Shown here piece by piece: positions 11,653 through 25,567 of a stretch of 64,000 nucleotides of DNA; the stretch's first letter is position 1; every line of letters starts with the position of its first letter. This DNA comes from Microbotryum violaceum (Eukaryota), in the NCBI GenBank assembly GCA_001244265.2, contig CDLV01000011.1, positions 558,001 through 622,000 on the forward strand, written 5' to 3'. The notes beneath the pieces are model-generated. The model saw nothing but the letters and a program-made list of their open reading frames with translations. It was not told where the DNA came from and did not search any database. A program made the translations under genes and the position numbers.

Positions 11653-12946
11653 ATTCGCGGGATTAACCTAACTCCGAAAGAAAATCCAAAATGTCCCCAC
11701 GCTCCCGCGCGCGTCTGAGGCAACGTATTCTTAGTCAACCACAACTGACCTAGCTGAGCGCAGGCTAGCAGGCGCCGGGCCGAGATGACCAGGAGCTCTC
11801 GAACTCACGGACTCATCGTTGTAGAATCCCACATGGGATCCACCCAGTATTTAAAGGAGGGTCGAGAGATGGCGTAATGTACAGCAGCAAAGTATGCAAT
11901 AGCCGTTACAATTATACTGATGATGAATGACGATGAAGGTGATGATGGATGATGGAATGAAGTCGAGTCCGAGTCGACTCGGGATCCCCCATGTTGCGAC
12001 CGACCGATGAGGGCGAGAGAGGCCGGACAGTGTCACGAGCTGACTCGCTATACGTCGGCGTGTTGAGAGCTTCACCAGCATATCATTTTACACTTTTGAA
12101 TTTCTCCACCAGACGCTCAAATTCCATTATACCGTTTCCCAAATTTAAACACAGGTCCGAGAGCGTAACGTAGGTCCGCCGGCTCGGAGGCTCGAAAGGA
12201 GTATAGAGGTCGATCACTCACTTCTTCCCAGGCACGTTCATGGCCCCATTGAAAAAGTTGGACGAGAGTGCACTGGCGCATGTGAGGAGCATCGCGTAAT
12301 CACTTTCTCCTCGTCATTGGACACTTCAGTATTGGAGTTTGAGCTGTTTGAGTTAGAGAGCGCGCGGGGCTTTGTTCCGTGCAGCTGCTTACTCTTGCTA
12401 AGAGCTTTCTCTTCACTCGCTCTATATTCGTGGCCTTGACTTCTCGGCGTCGCTACCTCTCTCGTTCTGCTATATTCGCCCGTGTCGGAAACTCAAATGG
12501 TGTAATGCTTCCGGAGAGGAAGCTTGGCTTGACTATGTATTGACTTCGTGTCGGATCGGATCACTGGTTGTCGTCTGTGATCGCAATCTGTGTTTGAGCG
12601 AGCTTCACGAGCGCTTCGACTGTTGACTTGTGCGACGTGTCATGGCAAGAGGGATAGTAGCTGTTGAAGTAGAATATTTGAGTATGGTGGTATCATCAAT
12701 CCGGTGTATCACTGTAATCCCCGTCGTCGATGATTCGTGGATTTCAGAGGACTCGCACACCTTGGCTGCTGCGCATTGACAACGACGCTTCGTCGCACGA
12801 GGGACATTCGCTCAGATTGGGACCCGATCTTCACTGAATTACGATGCAAGAACAAATAGACAAACTGAGACCGATCTAGATACTTCGGGAAACCATGCGA
12901 GCTGCGAACGAAAACAAGAGACAGGAAGCGAGTGTGGCCGGCCAGT

Positions 12947-13399
12947 TCACGAGATCTTGATAGCCTTCGCCTTGGTCTCCTTGGTTTCGAGAGGGTACTC
13001 GACCCTGAGAATGCCGTTTTCCATGCTCGCTTTGATGTCCTCCTCCTTCAGCGACGGGTTAACGCGGATGCTCCTCTCAAATGAGCCCGTGCGACGTTCG
13101 TGTACGCGCCAGGTTCCCTCCTCCTTCGTGTCCTCAGACTGGACCGTGCCAGAGACGGTGAGCAGACCACGGTCGAGCATGATCTTGACTTGGTCCTTGG
13201 TAAGGCCGGCGAGTTCGAACGTGGCTTCGGCTTTTCCACCTTTTTCGATAATGTTGACGCGTGGCGAGAAGCCGAGTTCATTTTGGTCGCGTGTCGCACC
13301 CGTGTTCTGGCCGCTGGGGCGCAGGCCGAGCAAGTGGAAGGGGGCGAAGCCAAAGTCATCGTCCGTGTGGGTGAGGCGAGGGAAGAGCGACAAGGACAT
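12947..13399 (-). CDS. Small heat-shock protein (HSP20/alpha-crystallin family), intronless
   Basis: 150 aa ORF with FSPRVNIIE, ELAGLTKDQVKI, LTVSG, ERRTGSFERSI, IKASMENGILRV and C-terminal IKI (I-x-I) motif. Confidence 0.93.
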   Translation of the reverse strand: MSLSLFPRLTHTDDDFGFAPFHLLGLRPSGQNTGATRDQNELGFSPRVNIIEKGGKAEATFELAGLTKDQVKIMLDRGLLTVSGTVQSEDTKEEGTWRVHERRTGSFERSIRVNPSLKEEDIKASMENGILRVEYPLETKETKAKAIKIS

Positions 13400-13729
13400 G
13401 TTTGTTCGATGAGTGTTACCTTGGGGGTGATTTAGGGCTCTGTGAAGTGGTTACAAAGGGTGCGAGCAGCACACGTCAGCTACGTCCGACGTACGAGGGA
13501 GATGGGCCGAGCTCGCTAAAGGGGTCAATGGCAGCGAGCCTTGATCGATCGAGGGGAGTGCGGTGAACTAGGATGGGAAGGAAGCAGGGCAGATGAGGTA
13601 AAGGGAGAGGTGAGATGGTCTTACTGTGCCGAGCGTGGGATGTGCAGTGTGTGCAGAGTAGTTTGATGTGGTGGTGGTGATGGGAAAGGAAGAAGGAAGA
13701 GAGAGTGCGCGCGCGTTCGCTCGAGGTCG

Positions 13730-13830
13730 TTCGATTCCATCGAAGGTCGTCGAAAGTTCGGAAATCTCCCGACCGCACACGCGCTCGTGGAAACTCGAAG
13801 AAATAATCGAATTTCTTCCACGTTGTTCGG
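13730..13830. promoter_or_regulatory. Putative heat-shock element cluster upstream of HSP20
   Basis: cGAAagTTCgGAA at 13751-13763 and further GAA/TTC units (ggaaactcgaagaa, cgaatttcttcc) ~350-430 bp upstream of the HSP20 ATG. Confidence 0.45.
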
Positions 13831-14465
13831 TCTCCCCAGCAAGGCGAGGGTATCTGGGTCGCTTCTACTTCGCCCGCTATAGCTAGCACGATTCTTCCAT
13901 CAGCTTCTCCCGGCCGCCATATTGCCACACCTTAGCTTAGGCCTGACCTGGATGTGCCACACAGATTTGGCATCAATAAGTTTGCAGAGTGCTGAAAAGC
14001 GAGCCATGTCAATCTAAACCGTCTATCGTCTGTAAGCCCTTTTGAGACGACCCACAGGACAATAACGTGGACGACCGAGGTCACGTGAGAAGTGACAAGA
14101 CCCGTCCCTCTTTCGGACCGGCCGCTCGCCGCCGCAGACGAGGTTCCCGGACCAGGTTGTTCTCTTTATGTTGATGCAGAAGTCAGAATCCTATCAATGA
14201 AGCTGGAAGATCTCTGAAGCTGAGGAAACCTGGCCGGGTCAGGCTCAGCGCAGCCCGGTAACATATAATTAGCACCTCAAGCTGCTTCCGGTGCCGCCCC
14301 ACATTCATCAAAGGCTCGAGCCGTCACCGCGTTCGGGCCTCTGGCTGCTCTCCCTCCCCACCTCCGCTCGGCTCGGCTCGGCTCGGCTCGTCGCGCGGCC
14401 GACAGGGTGGCGCAAATCACCGCCATCAGGGCTGCTTGAGGGCCTGCTTAGATCCATTGGTCGAG

Positions 14466-17400
14466 ATGTCGAACTCGATACCTCCTCGGTCGGCGGTGCT
14501 TCTGGGTGCGCTCGCCTGTCTCGTCGCGTATGGCTCCTCCCGGATCGTCATATCGCCTTGGACCCTCGTCATCTGCTCGCCGCTGATTCTTCTATCGATG
14601 GCCCTGCTCTTTGTCGTACTGGACTTATGGGCGACGTGGTCGAGCGAACTCAGGATGCTGGGCCGACTTGCGGAGGCGCATCGTCAAGACGGCTCGAACG
14701 ACTTGGGTGGTGCGACGTCCGCTGCATGGAATGCGTCGACCGGCAACATAATTGGAAAGAACAGTGATAGGATACAAAGTAGCAGCAGCTACCATCGAAG
14801 ACCAGTCCTTCCGCTCGTATTCACCTCGCCTGCCGCATGGCTCGTGCTTCAAACTCGAGCTTCGTTCGAGCCTTCAACTTCGAACGTCCGCCCGCAATTC
14901 CCTGGTGCAACACCGGAGCTATCATCATCCCTCAATGAGCTACTTAGTCTCATCATGCGCGACTTCGTCCTGCGATGGTATGCGTCCATTTCGGACTCGC
15001 CGAGCTTTCCGCAAGCGGTCGAACAGACCATCCGCGAGGCGCTGCTGGCGATTGCTTCCCGAGTTGGTGACGTCGACTGGTCCGATGTCGTGGTCGGAAA
15101 GATCTTGCCGCTCTTCTCGGCGCATCTTGAAGCCTTTCGCACGGCTGAGCACGCCTTGAGGGGACAAGACGTCCATGCGCAACTGACTGAATCCGACGAG
15201 CTCGATCTCTTTCTCGCCTCTCGGTACGCGAGCGCAACCAAAGCTGGCAAACTTCATGCCGCTGTCAACATCGCCAGTCCAAACTCGAAACCAGCGGAAG
15301 AATCATGGTTGAGTGGTCTGATCGGCAACATCCTACCATTCATCATTCCCGATCGCGAATTCGACAGCGGCGCAGTGCGGATCATGTGCCGAGAAATCGT
15401 CGCCTGCTCGGTCCTTGGCCCCGTCGTCGATCTGCTCAGCGACCCAGATTTCTGGAATCGTCTCATCGAAGATAAGGCTGGTGCTGCCATTCGCGATCAA
15501 AAGATGGTCAACCAATTCCGCGAAGCGCTCGACAAGCAAGGCATCACCCTTTCGCCGACGGTGCTTTCCCCCCGCGCGACCCCATCCCTTCGTCGGACTC
15601 GCAAGACCGAAGAGATTTCGGCTCGAACAAATCCGAAGCAGTTTGACGCTTGGTCCAAGAGTATTGCGCAATGCGCCAACCTGTTGGATGCGCGCCGGCT
15701 GCGCAGCGATGTCACGAACCACATTCGCCGCACAACTGCAACCATTGGTGTGTACACGGATCGTTTGACGTTCCTCCATTAAAATTGCGCTAAATCACCC
15801 TTGCTCTCTGCTTGTATGGGACTTGTAGCTTCAAAGAAGGCCGACGAGCTCGTCGATGGCGTGAAGGTGCTCGAGCTAGGGAACTTTGTTGATCGCCTCG
15901 ACGCAGTGAAACGCAAGATCGACAAGCGAATCGTCGAACTTGGAGGCCTTGACCCTTCTCAGGTGAGCGTGGTGGGTGCTGCACCCATATTATGAAAGCA
16001 GACTAACTTTTTCGACGTCTGATGATGTGCAGGCGCCTCCGAGAGTTGCTGACATGGTCGCGAGTACGACAATGCCTTCCTCCGGCGTCACCTTGCGTGA
16101 CATCCTACTTCAACCCACGGCTCTTTCGTACTTCATGGAGTACCAAGAACGAAGAAAGCGCTCAATTCGAGTCCAATTCTGGTTACTCGTCGAGGGGCTC
16201 AAAGACCCGCTGGAAGGCACCGGTGTCGATGAGGAGACGGCGCTGATGCGACCGCCCTCGCCATCCACCATTGCCACCGCACGCGACGACATCCTCATGG
16301 TCTGGGCGACGTATCTGGTTCATAACTCGTTAAACTCGGATAAGAAGCATCTGCGGGTCATTAGAAGCTTTGTGGACCGAGATCCAAGCGCGTCTGTCAC
16401 CGCAGCTGAGCTGCGCCGAGCACGCCATGCCATCTTCTCTGCTCAGCGCGACGTTCTAGCCGACATGGAGGAAGAGGACTTCCCACCTTTCGCCAAGTCG
16501 ACGCTGTACTTCAAAGCGATTGCCGACCTCCCGACTTTTTCACCTTCGGTAATCACTGACTCGGTAGTCCGAGCTTCACCCGAAGAGTCTCGCCCTACGG
16601 CGCGTCCTCGTGCATTGTCAAACCCTCAAACACCTATGGCTCGACGCTTCACTCCGCCAGAAGTGCAGCGGTCCAACTCTCCCCCAACTCTGCCGGCTCG
16701 GAGAACGTTGCCCCCGGCTCTACCGCCTCGCCGATCGTCGTCCCCCCCAGCCACGATTCTGACTTCGAAGCCTAACCTAGTGCATCGCACCGATACAGCT
16801 CCACCACAAATCAGTCGTCAGGTCGCGGTCGACTCGAGACCCTCAGGGCGGCGGGTCGGTTCCGACAACAGGATTTTCGGTGACGGCGACGGATTCAGTC
16901 GAAAGACCTCGATCGAGTCGTTGGTATCCTATGACTCCACCATGATGCAAAGTGGCGGACGTCGTCGACCGCCTGTCAACATGTCGGACTCGCTCGAGTT
17001 CCTTATGGCCTCGCCGGCTGTTGAAGCGGATGAGGGTAGGCGCTCTCCTCTCTTTGACGATGAGGTCGATCTAGACCACTCGCCTCTTTCCCTCAAGCGA
17101 ACACCGACCGAAGGAGGGACAACTCTCACGGACGATGAAGCGGTACAAGTGCATACGATTGAAGCTATCCAAGAGGCGTTGACCTCGATTCTCGCCACCG
17201 ACGCTCGGAGTTCTGTAGCCAGCCCGAGCTCCTCGACGCCGCCTAGTGCTCAACCAGGTAGTACGAATGAGGAGGGGCTCCGTACACGGCATCAGCGCTC
17301 GTCGAGCGAAATAGCTCAAAGCAAGCACCAACGCAAGCCGTCTCAAGTCTCATCGGCAAAACCTGATCGCTCTGACCGTGTCCCTTCGAACTCGAGCTCC

Positions 17401-19297
17401 AAGTCGGGCCCTCTCCACATCGTGACCGGTCCCGAAGAGCCGTCAACCCGCAGCAAGAGGGTATTTGACGATGAAGAAGATATCGATGACCTCGATCTGG
17501 ACGAGGCAGACGAAACCGAGTTCGACGTTCGAGCACTCCGCCTTGCGGCTCCTGGCGACTTGCAACTCTCGGACGAGATCGAACGACTCGGTGCTCAATT
17601 GAACAAGCTACACAGCCAAGAAGTCGTCGTCGAAGCTCTGATCAGGAAGGCCGAGTTGACGGGAATTGCATCCGAGCTCAAGATTCTGACCAAATCAAGG
17701 GACAGTCTTCGACGCGAGGTTCGTGCCCTTACCTTCCAAAAGAGCCAGTTCGAGTCGCAGGAATCGGAGAACAAGCTCGTCCCTGGTCGTACGACGGTTA
17801 CGATCTCTGGAACGACGATCGGCCAAGCCGAAGGGCAAAGCTTTCAGCTCTACCTCGTCGAGGTTCACCAGCTAGCTCAAGACGGAGCGTTTGGCTCGGG
17901 CTGGATCGTCACACGCCGCTACAGCGAGTTTGCGACGCTGCATGCCCACCTCCGGGACAAGTATGTCGCTGCTCGTAATCTCGAGTTTCCAGGGAAGCGA
18001 CTTGTGACCTCATACAACGACGGGTTCATCGAACAACGCAGACTGGGGCTTGAAAAGTACCTGCAGGTGCGTTCGACTCCCAGTTGCTACCCTGTGCAAT
18101 GTCGTTAGCTGATGAATTAACTCTGGTGCTTTCGCAGGCCCTCATTCGCGTACCTGTCATTTGCCAAAGCAACGAGCTGCGATCGTTTTTGTCGCAGCAA
18201 AACATCTCCCTGCCCAAGTTCGATGTCGACACGACTAAGCGCCCGACAGTATCGCTGTTTCCGGGTCAAGAATTCGTTCGTTCGTTCTATCGCACTGTCA
18301 CGTCCGGAATCGATGAGATGCTCGGGGCTGGCCCGGCCTCGATGATGGATACGATCATCCACCGCCTTTCGCAACAAGCTGCGGATATGGCAGGGATCGG
18401 AGCATTGGGTGTCCAGGACGAAGATCTTGTCGGTCAGTTGATCGACGATGCCACCAAGGACCCTTCAAAACTTTCTTTGGCGATGGGACTCGGCGAAGAA
18501 GGCTTGACTTATTTCACGGCCCCTATCTGCGATCTTTTTGTCGTGCTCTTCCAGTTGAAGGAGAAGAACAATTGGCTGCGGTGAGTCGGCAAGGCATTCG
18601 TCATCGTCGAGCTGATCGCACTAATCATTGATTACCGTCGACTAATGCAGACGTCAAGCCATCTTGATCATCCTGCAACAGATTCTCGGCGGCACCATCG
18701 AGCGGTGAGTCTGGCCATGTGCCTCACCTCACAGCTTGAAACCATACAGCAGCTGAAGTTGCAGACAATCCTCACAGCAAATTCCGCGATGGCGTCAAGA
18801 TGCTCTTTGGTCCCCAACAACTCGTCTCTTACATCTCCAACCTCAAAGCTGCCCTATGGCCCGGCGGTCAACTCAAGCCTTCTGAAGCGCCAAGGACGAC
18901 GGCTCAAAAGATGGCGACGCGGGATTCGGCGAATCGCAAGTTGTCGGCGTTGATGCCTGGTAGGTACTTTCTTCACACCGCAAGAGAGCGTAATGCTCAT
19001 GTTAAGCTTTCGCTTCGGTGTAGACATCGCGGCCAACCTGATCGGCCGAGCAAACGCTCGTCAAGGTGCTCGTCGCCTCTTTGCCGTCTTGCAAAATCGG
19101 CGTCTCAATCGAGTAAGCGTCTCTCGCCGAAACTCATCCCACAAGTCCAACTGATCGACCCCACCCCCCTCCTCACCTAACAGCACCTCATCTACTCCAT
19201 CATCGACGAAGCCATCTCGGTCCTCTTCCCCGAACTGGCGAATCTGCCTCCTCGTCCTTTACCTACTTTTAACGCGCAGAACCGTTCTCGTGCATGA
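14466..19297 (+). CDS. MDM1: Mdm1/SNX13-14-25-type sorting nexin (TM-PXA-RGS-PX-Nexin_C), multi-exon
   Basis: Two N-terminal hydrophobic helices; PXA LIMRDFVLRWY...LSDPDFWN; RGS LSYFMEYQERR..QFWLLVE; PX WIVTRRYSEFATLH..FPGK..RRLGLEKYLQ; Nexin_C NWLR..ALWPGG..QNRRLN; stop 19295-19297. Confidence 0.9.
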
Positions 19298-19684
19298 GTC
19301 AGCACACGTTCGTGGTACTTGTTGTACTCTTTATGTCAAAGATTGTGAATAAAGTCCTGCTCTAGGTATCATCCTGTGGTGCTCGCAGTAATCGAGAGAA
19401 GCCGCAGCATGCAGTAAGCTCTTCGGGATGAGTCAAGTCCTGACCGTTATCCGAGAAAGTGAAGTGATCGATTACAACAAAATGACAAGTGTACGGAAAT
19501 GGGAGAAAGAAGCGACTGAGCAAAACAAAGACATCTCACAATAGAAACCAAGGGGAAAGGCTAGATACGGAACGACGCACAGAGAGGGTGAAGATAAATG
19601 AGAAGGCCCAGAGGGAGTTGACCTCACAATCGGATAATTCGGTATCGTCAACCTCTTCTCATCCACGGAGACTCGAGAAGAAAA

Positions 19685-20730
19685 TTACTTGAGTTTGTGC
19701 CATAAGATCAACACGATGAGGATCATAAGCGCGATCCCAAACCCGACCAACATGATCCTTTGTCGATACGCCAAGCGAACCATCTGTTTAAGCGTCACAC
19801 TAGCCTTGGCGATCGACCCATCGGCCTGTTCCAATTCCTCATTCGCACTCTCCAATTGCCCCCTTTGCATCCTCAGAGAAGAGAGGATGTTACCCCCCAT
19901 TTCTTCACTTTCCGCGGCGAGGCGTTGGGAGTTGGTGAGACGGTCGCCGGATTTGTTGAGCGTTTGGGTGGATTGGAGGAGGCGGGAGCGTTGCGCTTGG
20001 GAGGAAGAAATGCCGGGGATCTCGTCGTCGTCGACATCGATGGTGTAGGCTGAATGGGCAGGTTGGGAGAGCAAGAGGTCGCGGTCCGATATGGCCGAGA
20101 GGGTGGTCTGATGAAAGAGCGAGAGCGGCAGCGGGGTATGAGTTCGAGCGCGACAAGTCTCTGCCCTGGGAGATCACGTACCACTTTGGACCTGAACGTC
20201 TTGACCTCTCCCTTGTACTGCCGTACTTTGATCATCAACGCGGCTTTGCCCCTGGCTTCGATCTCCATCTGCTCCATCTGTGGGCCACTCGATTCTCCGC
20301 GTCAGTCGCTACAAGACTGACGCATCAAGAGACGACCGACGCACGATCTCATCGGCTTCTTCTAGCTCCATGTTGATGCGTCGGATGGTCGCCTTGCGTT
20401 GTTCTGAACATAGTCGGGACGTGTCGTTTCGGGAACAGGTTCGATTCGGGGTGAATGCGGTGGCGGCGGTGGCGGTGGAGCGCAGTCCGCAGCGGGGAGG
20501 ATGATCAATACAAAGGGGATATACCCATCAAGTCAGTACCACAACTTGTACCCATCTCATGCGCCGTCTGAACCGCCCCGGAACAGCTATCAGCTATCAG
20601 CGAACACGACAAACTGACCTCCTCTCTGCTGAGCGACGTCCCTGTCAATCTTGCCTTGCACGCTCTGCTTGACCGCATCGTATTCGCCTTCGTACGTACG
20701 GAACTCGGGGGTCATTTGTGCCGCAGCCAT
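19685..20730 (-). CDS. VTI1: Vesicle-transport v-SNARE Vti1, multi-exon
   Basis: N-terminal FRTYEGEY..ELEEADEI..QMEIE helical bundle; QRSRLLQSTQTL..RLTNSQRLAAESEEMG..LRMQRGQL SNARE motif; C-terminal TM. Confidence 0.9.
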
Positions 20731-21066
20731 TCTGCGAGAGCTCGGGAGGTGTGGTCGTTGTAGTGCGTGGGGAGAGGGAATCAGTCGACGAGGCGCTCAG
20801 CTGGGCCTAACAGCAGCAATGACGCCGTGCGCGCGCCGCGTGTGTGTCTCAGTCTAAAATGGCTCGGGGCTCGTAAATGCACGGACCTCCCGGACGATTA
20901 TGAGCCATATGAAACGTTTTTGCATTGCGGGCCATGGTCTGTAAACTTGTTTCATTCGCTCAGAACAGCTATGGAATCAACGGTGAAACCTGTCAAATCA
21001 CCCCCATCCGTCATGGTCAGCAACACGTCGTTCGCTCCCACCCAAGCCAAACTCAGCAACTCACCC

Positions 21067-24000
21067 TCAAAGCTCGGCGAGCAAACCTTTCACCTCATCT
21101 CCCAACTCAACCCCCTTCAAAACCATCCAACTCTCCCCCTCCCCCGCCATTCCCTTGAGTACTAACCAAACCGCATCCGGATTAACTTTCCCCAACGCAC
21201 GATAAACCCTCCTTGCCATCAACCTCAACTCCTCCTGTTCTCGTCTGGCCAAGAACCTCCTCAATGTCATCGCGAGGTCCCAAATCACGTCTTCTTTGAG
21301 CGGAACGTCTCGTGCGATACAAAGCATTGTGTCAAGTAAAGCGCGATAAATTCTAAAGGATAGAGTGTAGCAACCTCCTTGTGACGCGAGATGAGTATCA
21401 AGCTCATGTTGTCGCTCGAGAAGGGTTTTGAATCGTGGCCAGACGTCGTCGAGAATTCGACGCGACATGAAGGAGCCGACGTGTTGGGCTAAGGAGGAGA
21501 TCAATTCGGTTGCAGCGAGGATGACGGAAGGGTCCGGGTCGGAGAACCGATTGAGTATGAAAGGCCACGCGCGATGGATCACGGGCAAGAGGTCCGCTTC
21601 CCGAGCCGACGAGGCCAAACGGGGAGGTGCGGCACCCGAGGCGAAGGGAGAGCGCAAAGCGAGTAGAGGTACCGACGAAGCCAAAAGCGACAAGACGCGA
21701 GCGCGTAGGAACGGTGACGAGTGGGAGAGAAAATAGACGGACTTGGCGATGATTTGCGACGCCACTTCTTGCGGACGAGTCGCAGCAGTTTGAGTCTCGT
21801 CCGAAGGAAAGGAAGGCTCGGCTTGGTCCTCGGGTGGAGCAGGGGCCGTTTCGGCAAAGGGTCGTTGAGGGTTCGTATCGGGCATCGTGTTGTCCATCAA
21901 CTCTTCCTCGGGAGGGTCGTTGCGAGATCGATACCAATCCACGAATTCGGTCCACTCCGAGACGGCTCGATTGCCTTGAGTTTCAAGACCGTTCAAAACT
22001 TCGGCATGGGCACTGACAGCTTCCTCGGACATTACCCTCATCAACGCATCCAACACAGCCCAAAGGCCAACAGTGACTTCGTCGTAGCCATGATAATCGT
22101 CCAGTGCCTCAAAGATGTCTTCAACGAGATCTTGAACCATCGGGACGATTGGCGGACCGACGAGACGGATCATTTCGACGAGGACGAGCGGAGCGGAAGG
22201 GTCGAGACGGGTGACGGACATGCGCTGCGAGACGGCGTTGACGATATAGTCGACATTGGCGAGGACGAGATTCGAAGGTGCGGCGTACGCCGTCGCGTCG
22301 GAGATGACCGCGAGGGCATGTTGAGAGTGCGAGCGTAGAAAGGGATGAGCTGCCGGTGACAGATGGGCGAGCACATGATACAGCGTCGAGAGGAGGAGCG
22401 GCTGAAAGGACGAGCCGAGCAGGTTCGCGCACGTCGCAAGGATCCGAAGTGAGAAGCACCGGAGCCACACTTGCTGAGACTCCTTCGCATCTCGGGCGAC
22501 GACAGCTGACGTGACGGGCTTAAACTTGTCCAGCTCCGGCGTGATCTTGAGACCGTGTTGGTGCTGGACCGAGAGATTGAGTGTGTCCGCTTCTTCGATG
22601 AGCGTTCGCTGATCCGCCGAGGGTGCCGGCTCGTTGGTTGTGACCCCTTCAACCTCCTCACCTTCCTCGAGCTGTTCCAAAAGGGCCAAGACCGCCTTGA
22701 CGAGATTCTTCAAGACCTTCTTCATCCTTTTCGTCACCTTGACCTCTTTGAACCCTTGCAAAACTCCATCAAGTGCCCACATCGCCGTCGCAGCACTCGG
22801 TTCCCCACGACGCGGTCCGGCGACAACGACCCAAAATCCATCGATGATCTCGGCCTCCTTCTCGCTGCGCGCGGCGGCTTCCCCGATCCCTTTCCACAAA
22901 GCATCCAGCTCATCGACGATATGACGACCTTCAGCGTTCTTGAGACCGATTTTAGGCCATTCGGTCTCTTGCCCACTCGATGCCGAGGATTCAGATTGGA
23001 TCCAAGCCAATCTTATTCCCGAAGCCGTCTTTGCGTTAGAAGTACCTTCCAAATCCTGGAGAGCGCACGCGTCCAACAAGGTCCACTTCCATCTCTCGAG
23101 ACCGCCCAACAGCTGCAGCCGGTCTAGGTCGTGCAGGTACTGTAGTCCCGTGCGCACGACTTTGGACGACCTCGAGACGGCCGCATCGTCATTGACTCGA
23201 AGTCGACGAGAAAGTGCGCCGAGATGTTCGATCATCCCTTCCCGGATGAGATGCGATGAGCTCATCGTCGCCGTACCAAGTGCTGAAACGGCAATCGAGG
23301 ACACGCTTGGCCAATCGTCGGCCGAGAGGATCAACAACAGTTCGAGCGTCGTTCGACGATACTCCTCGAGGGTGACCGCGCATTCGGTCTCCAGAGTGGA
23401 CAAGAATTGCGCCAGCGCAGCTCGCACGAGTGGAGAGTCGTGCGAAGTGAGCGATGAGAGCGATATGAGGAGGGTCGAAATGGACCGCAAGGTGTAGGCA
23501 AGCCATGCAGGAGAAGGCTTGACCGGTCCCGGTGCCGAATACGTCGGCGTCGGATCCTTGACGATCAGAGCATGTGAATCGACGGTGTCATCCTCCTCGC
23601 CTCCTTCTTCAATCCCTGGTTCCTTGTACGATTCGACAATCTCTTCCAAAGTGGCACCCAAGCCATTCTGAGACGATTCCTGTTTGCGCAGACGTGCAGT
23701 GACGTCGTCGCCAATGGTATGTACGAGCAGATTAGTCAGGACCTCGAGTGCCGAGACGATGACTTTGGACGATTGTCGACGACCTCCTGACGATGTCATT
23801 GCCCCCGACAATGTGGCCGAGAGAGCAATCCGTGATAATGTCGAAGCCGTTCCGGGTAAGGCGGTCGCAAGAAGTGGCGAAGGTCCCTCTGGTTGCCCCA
23901 TCGATGGTTTTGCATCGGGCTGCGCAGGGTGCTGGGTCAAGTGAAAGCGGATGAGGCTGTCTAGAGCCTCAAGAGCGGCGAGTTGGAGTTGCACCAGCGA

Positions 24001-24892
24001 GATTGAGATCGATACGAGATTGAGAAGTGTGGTGAGCGTATGGAACATGATCGGTATCGGCGGTGAGGTTGGGGGAGCTCGTTGCTCGCGTCGAGGTTTG
24101 GCTTTCTTTTGGGAGGCCTGGCTCGCGTTCGCTGCGTAAGGGTCGTCGGCTGACCAATCGATCGACTCGCCGAGCGGGTCGTCATCTTGCTCCATCTCCC
24201 TTTCCTCGGGGACTGGTTCCTCCTCGATGACTGAACCAGGAATGAGCTCCAGTAATGCTTCGACGATTGCCAACTTGAGCTCGTCGGACATGTCGGCCGT
24301 GGAAGAGTCTTGCTTGGCCTTGCCCTTGCTATCGGAAGGCTTAGTGGGTCGTGCCGGATCGAGTGGCCCACCGAGTCTGAGAATAAGCATGATCCACAAT
24401 TCTGTGCTGATTCGATCGCCGATGCCGACTTGTGTCCACTTGTGAATGAGGGTAGCGAGCGTGCGCATGGTCGCTTCGAGGACCGAGTCGGATCTGCCAG
24501 TGGGGGTCGTCGGTTGGAGCAGTGAGGAGAGAGGGAAAAAGACATAGTTGGCGAGCGCAGGGGTGAAGTGAGGTGTTGGGATGTTGGACAAGGTGTTGGA
24601 CAGCTGGTTGAGGTGCTGCAGCACTTGGCTTGTGGAAGCGACGGTAGCCGGTTGGGCTCGACCTGCATTGAGCAGAGGAACGCAGACCGCTTTGAGCTGT
24701 AACAGAGTAGGTGGGTTCCAGTGAGAAACCTCCTCGCTAAGTTTGATCAGACATGGCACTGACCCTTAGGAAGAGCTGCTGGTTGCGGTCATCCTGCTCC
24801 GACGACAAAGACGAAGCTCGGTGCGAAGTGGCCAAAGTCGATGTCGAAGCGGGTATATAGGCGTGACGAGGGCCGAACAATGGCATGGCCAT
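21067..24892 (-). CDS. TTI1: TELO2-interacting protein 1 (TTT complex, ARM/HEAT repeats)
   Basis: ~1230 aa with LANYVFFPLSSLL, ALPGTASTLSRI, NVDYIVNAVS, DLVEDIFEALDDYHGY, LLPVIHRAWPFILNR; short first exon ending QLFLR| spliced to LKAVCVPL. Confidence 0.88.
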
Positions 24893-25161
24893 GTTGGGGT
24901 GTGACTGGTGTAGCTTGACACCAGTCGACTGTGAATCCGAGTGCAGAAGCGGCAGAGGTGGCAGAGAAGTGGGGGAGGGCGGGAGGCGCTTCTAATGGCA
25001 GCATATTGCGCGATCAGTAAACATTACCCTGTATTACCCTTGGCGGCCACGCGTCACCGCTTCCAAGTTTCGCACGTCGCACCGAACACCCGATCACCGG
25101 CTTGAACACCGGCTTGCCTGCTCTGCTGCCCATCCTCACTCAATCGCGTGTGCGGCCATCA

Positions 25162-25532
25162 ATGTCGTCGCCCAAGCCAGCCTCCCCACTGGCCACACGC
25201 CCACCCAAGCCAACAGCGGCGTCATCGTCTGGAGCAGCAGCGGCAAGTCCAGCAGGTGGAGCAGGTGGAGCAGGAGCCAAGGTCGACAAAGCGGCGCTCA
25301 AGGCTGCCAAAGCGGCCAAGAGAGCCGCCGCCAAGGGACTAGCACCTGGTCAACCGGCGTCCCCGACTCTGAGCGATGCATCCTCCTCCAAAAAGTCCGG
25401 TGGCGTGTCGAACAACAGGGGGGGCAATGCCCAGGCCAAGTCGGAGCAGCAATCCTCGACCGGAGCAGCTTCGTCCTCGAACCGAGCTTCGACCTCCAAT
25501 GCAGCAACCGGGGGAGCAAAAGCAGGAGCAAA

Positions 25533-25567
<35 letters not shown>

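Noticed and set aside
14365-14389. (GCTCG)5 and similar short repeats at 34478-34502, 40868-40902, 57853-57885
   Set aside because: Ordinary microsatellites or slippage duplications in UTR, intergenic or intron sequence
21404-24668. Many overlapping and antisense ORFs across TTI1 and other long genes
   Set aside because: Shadow ORFs expected in GC-rich coding sequence
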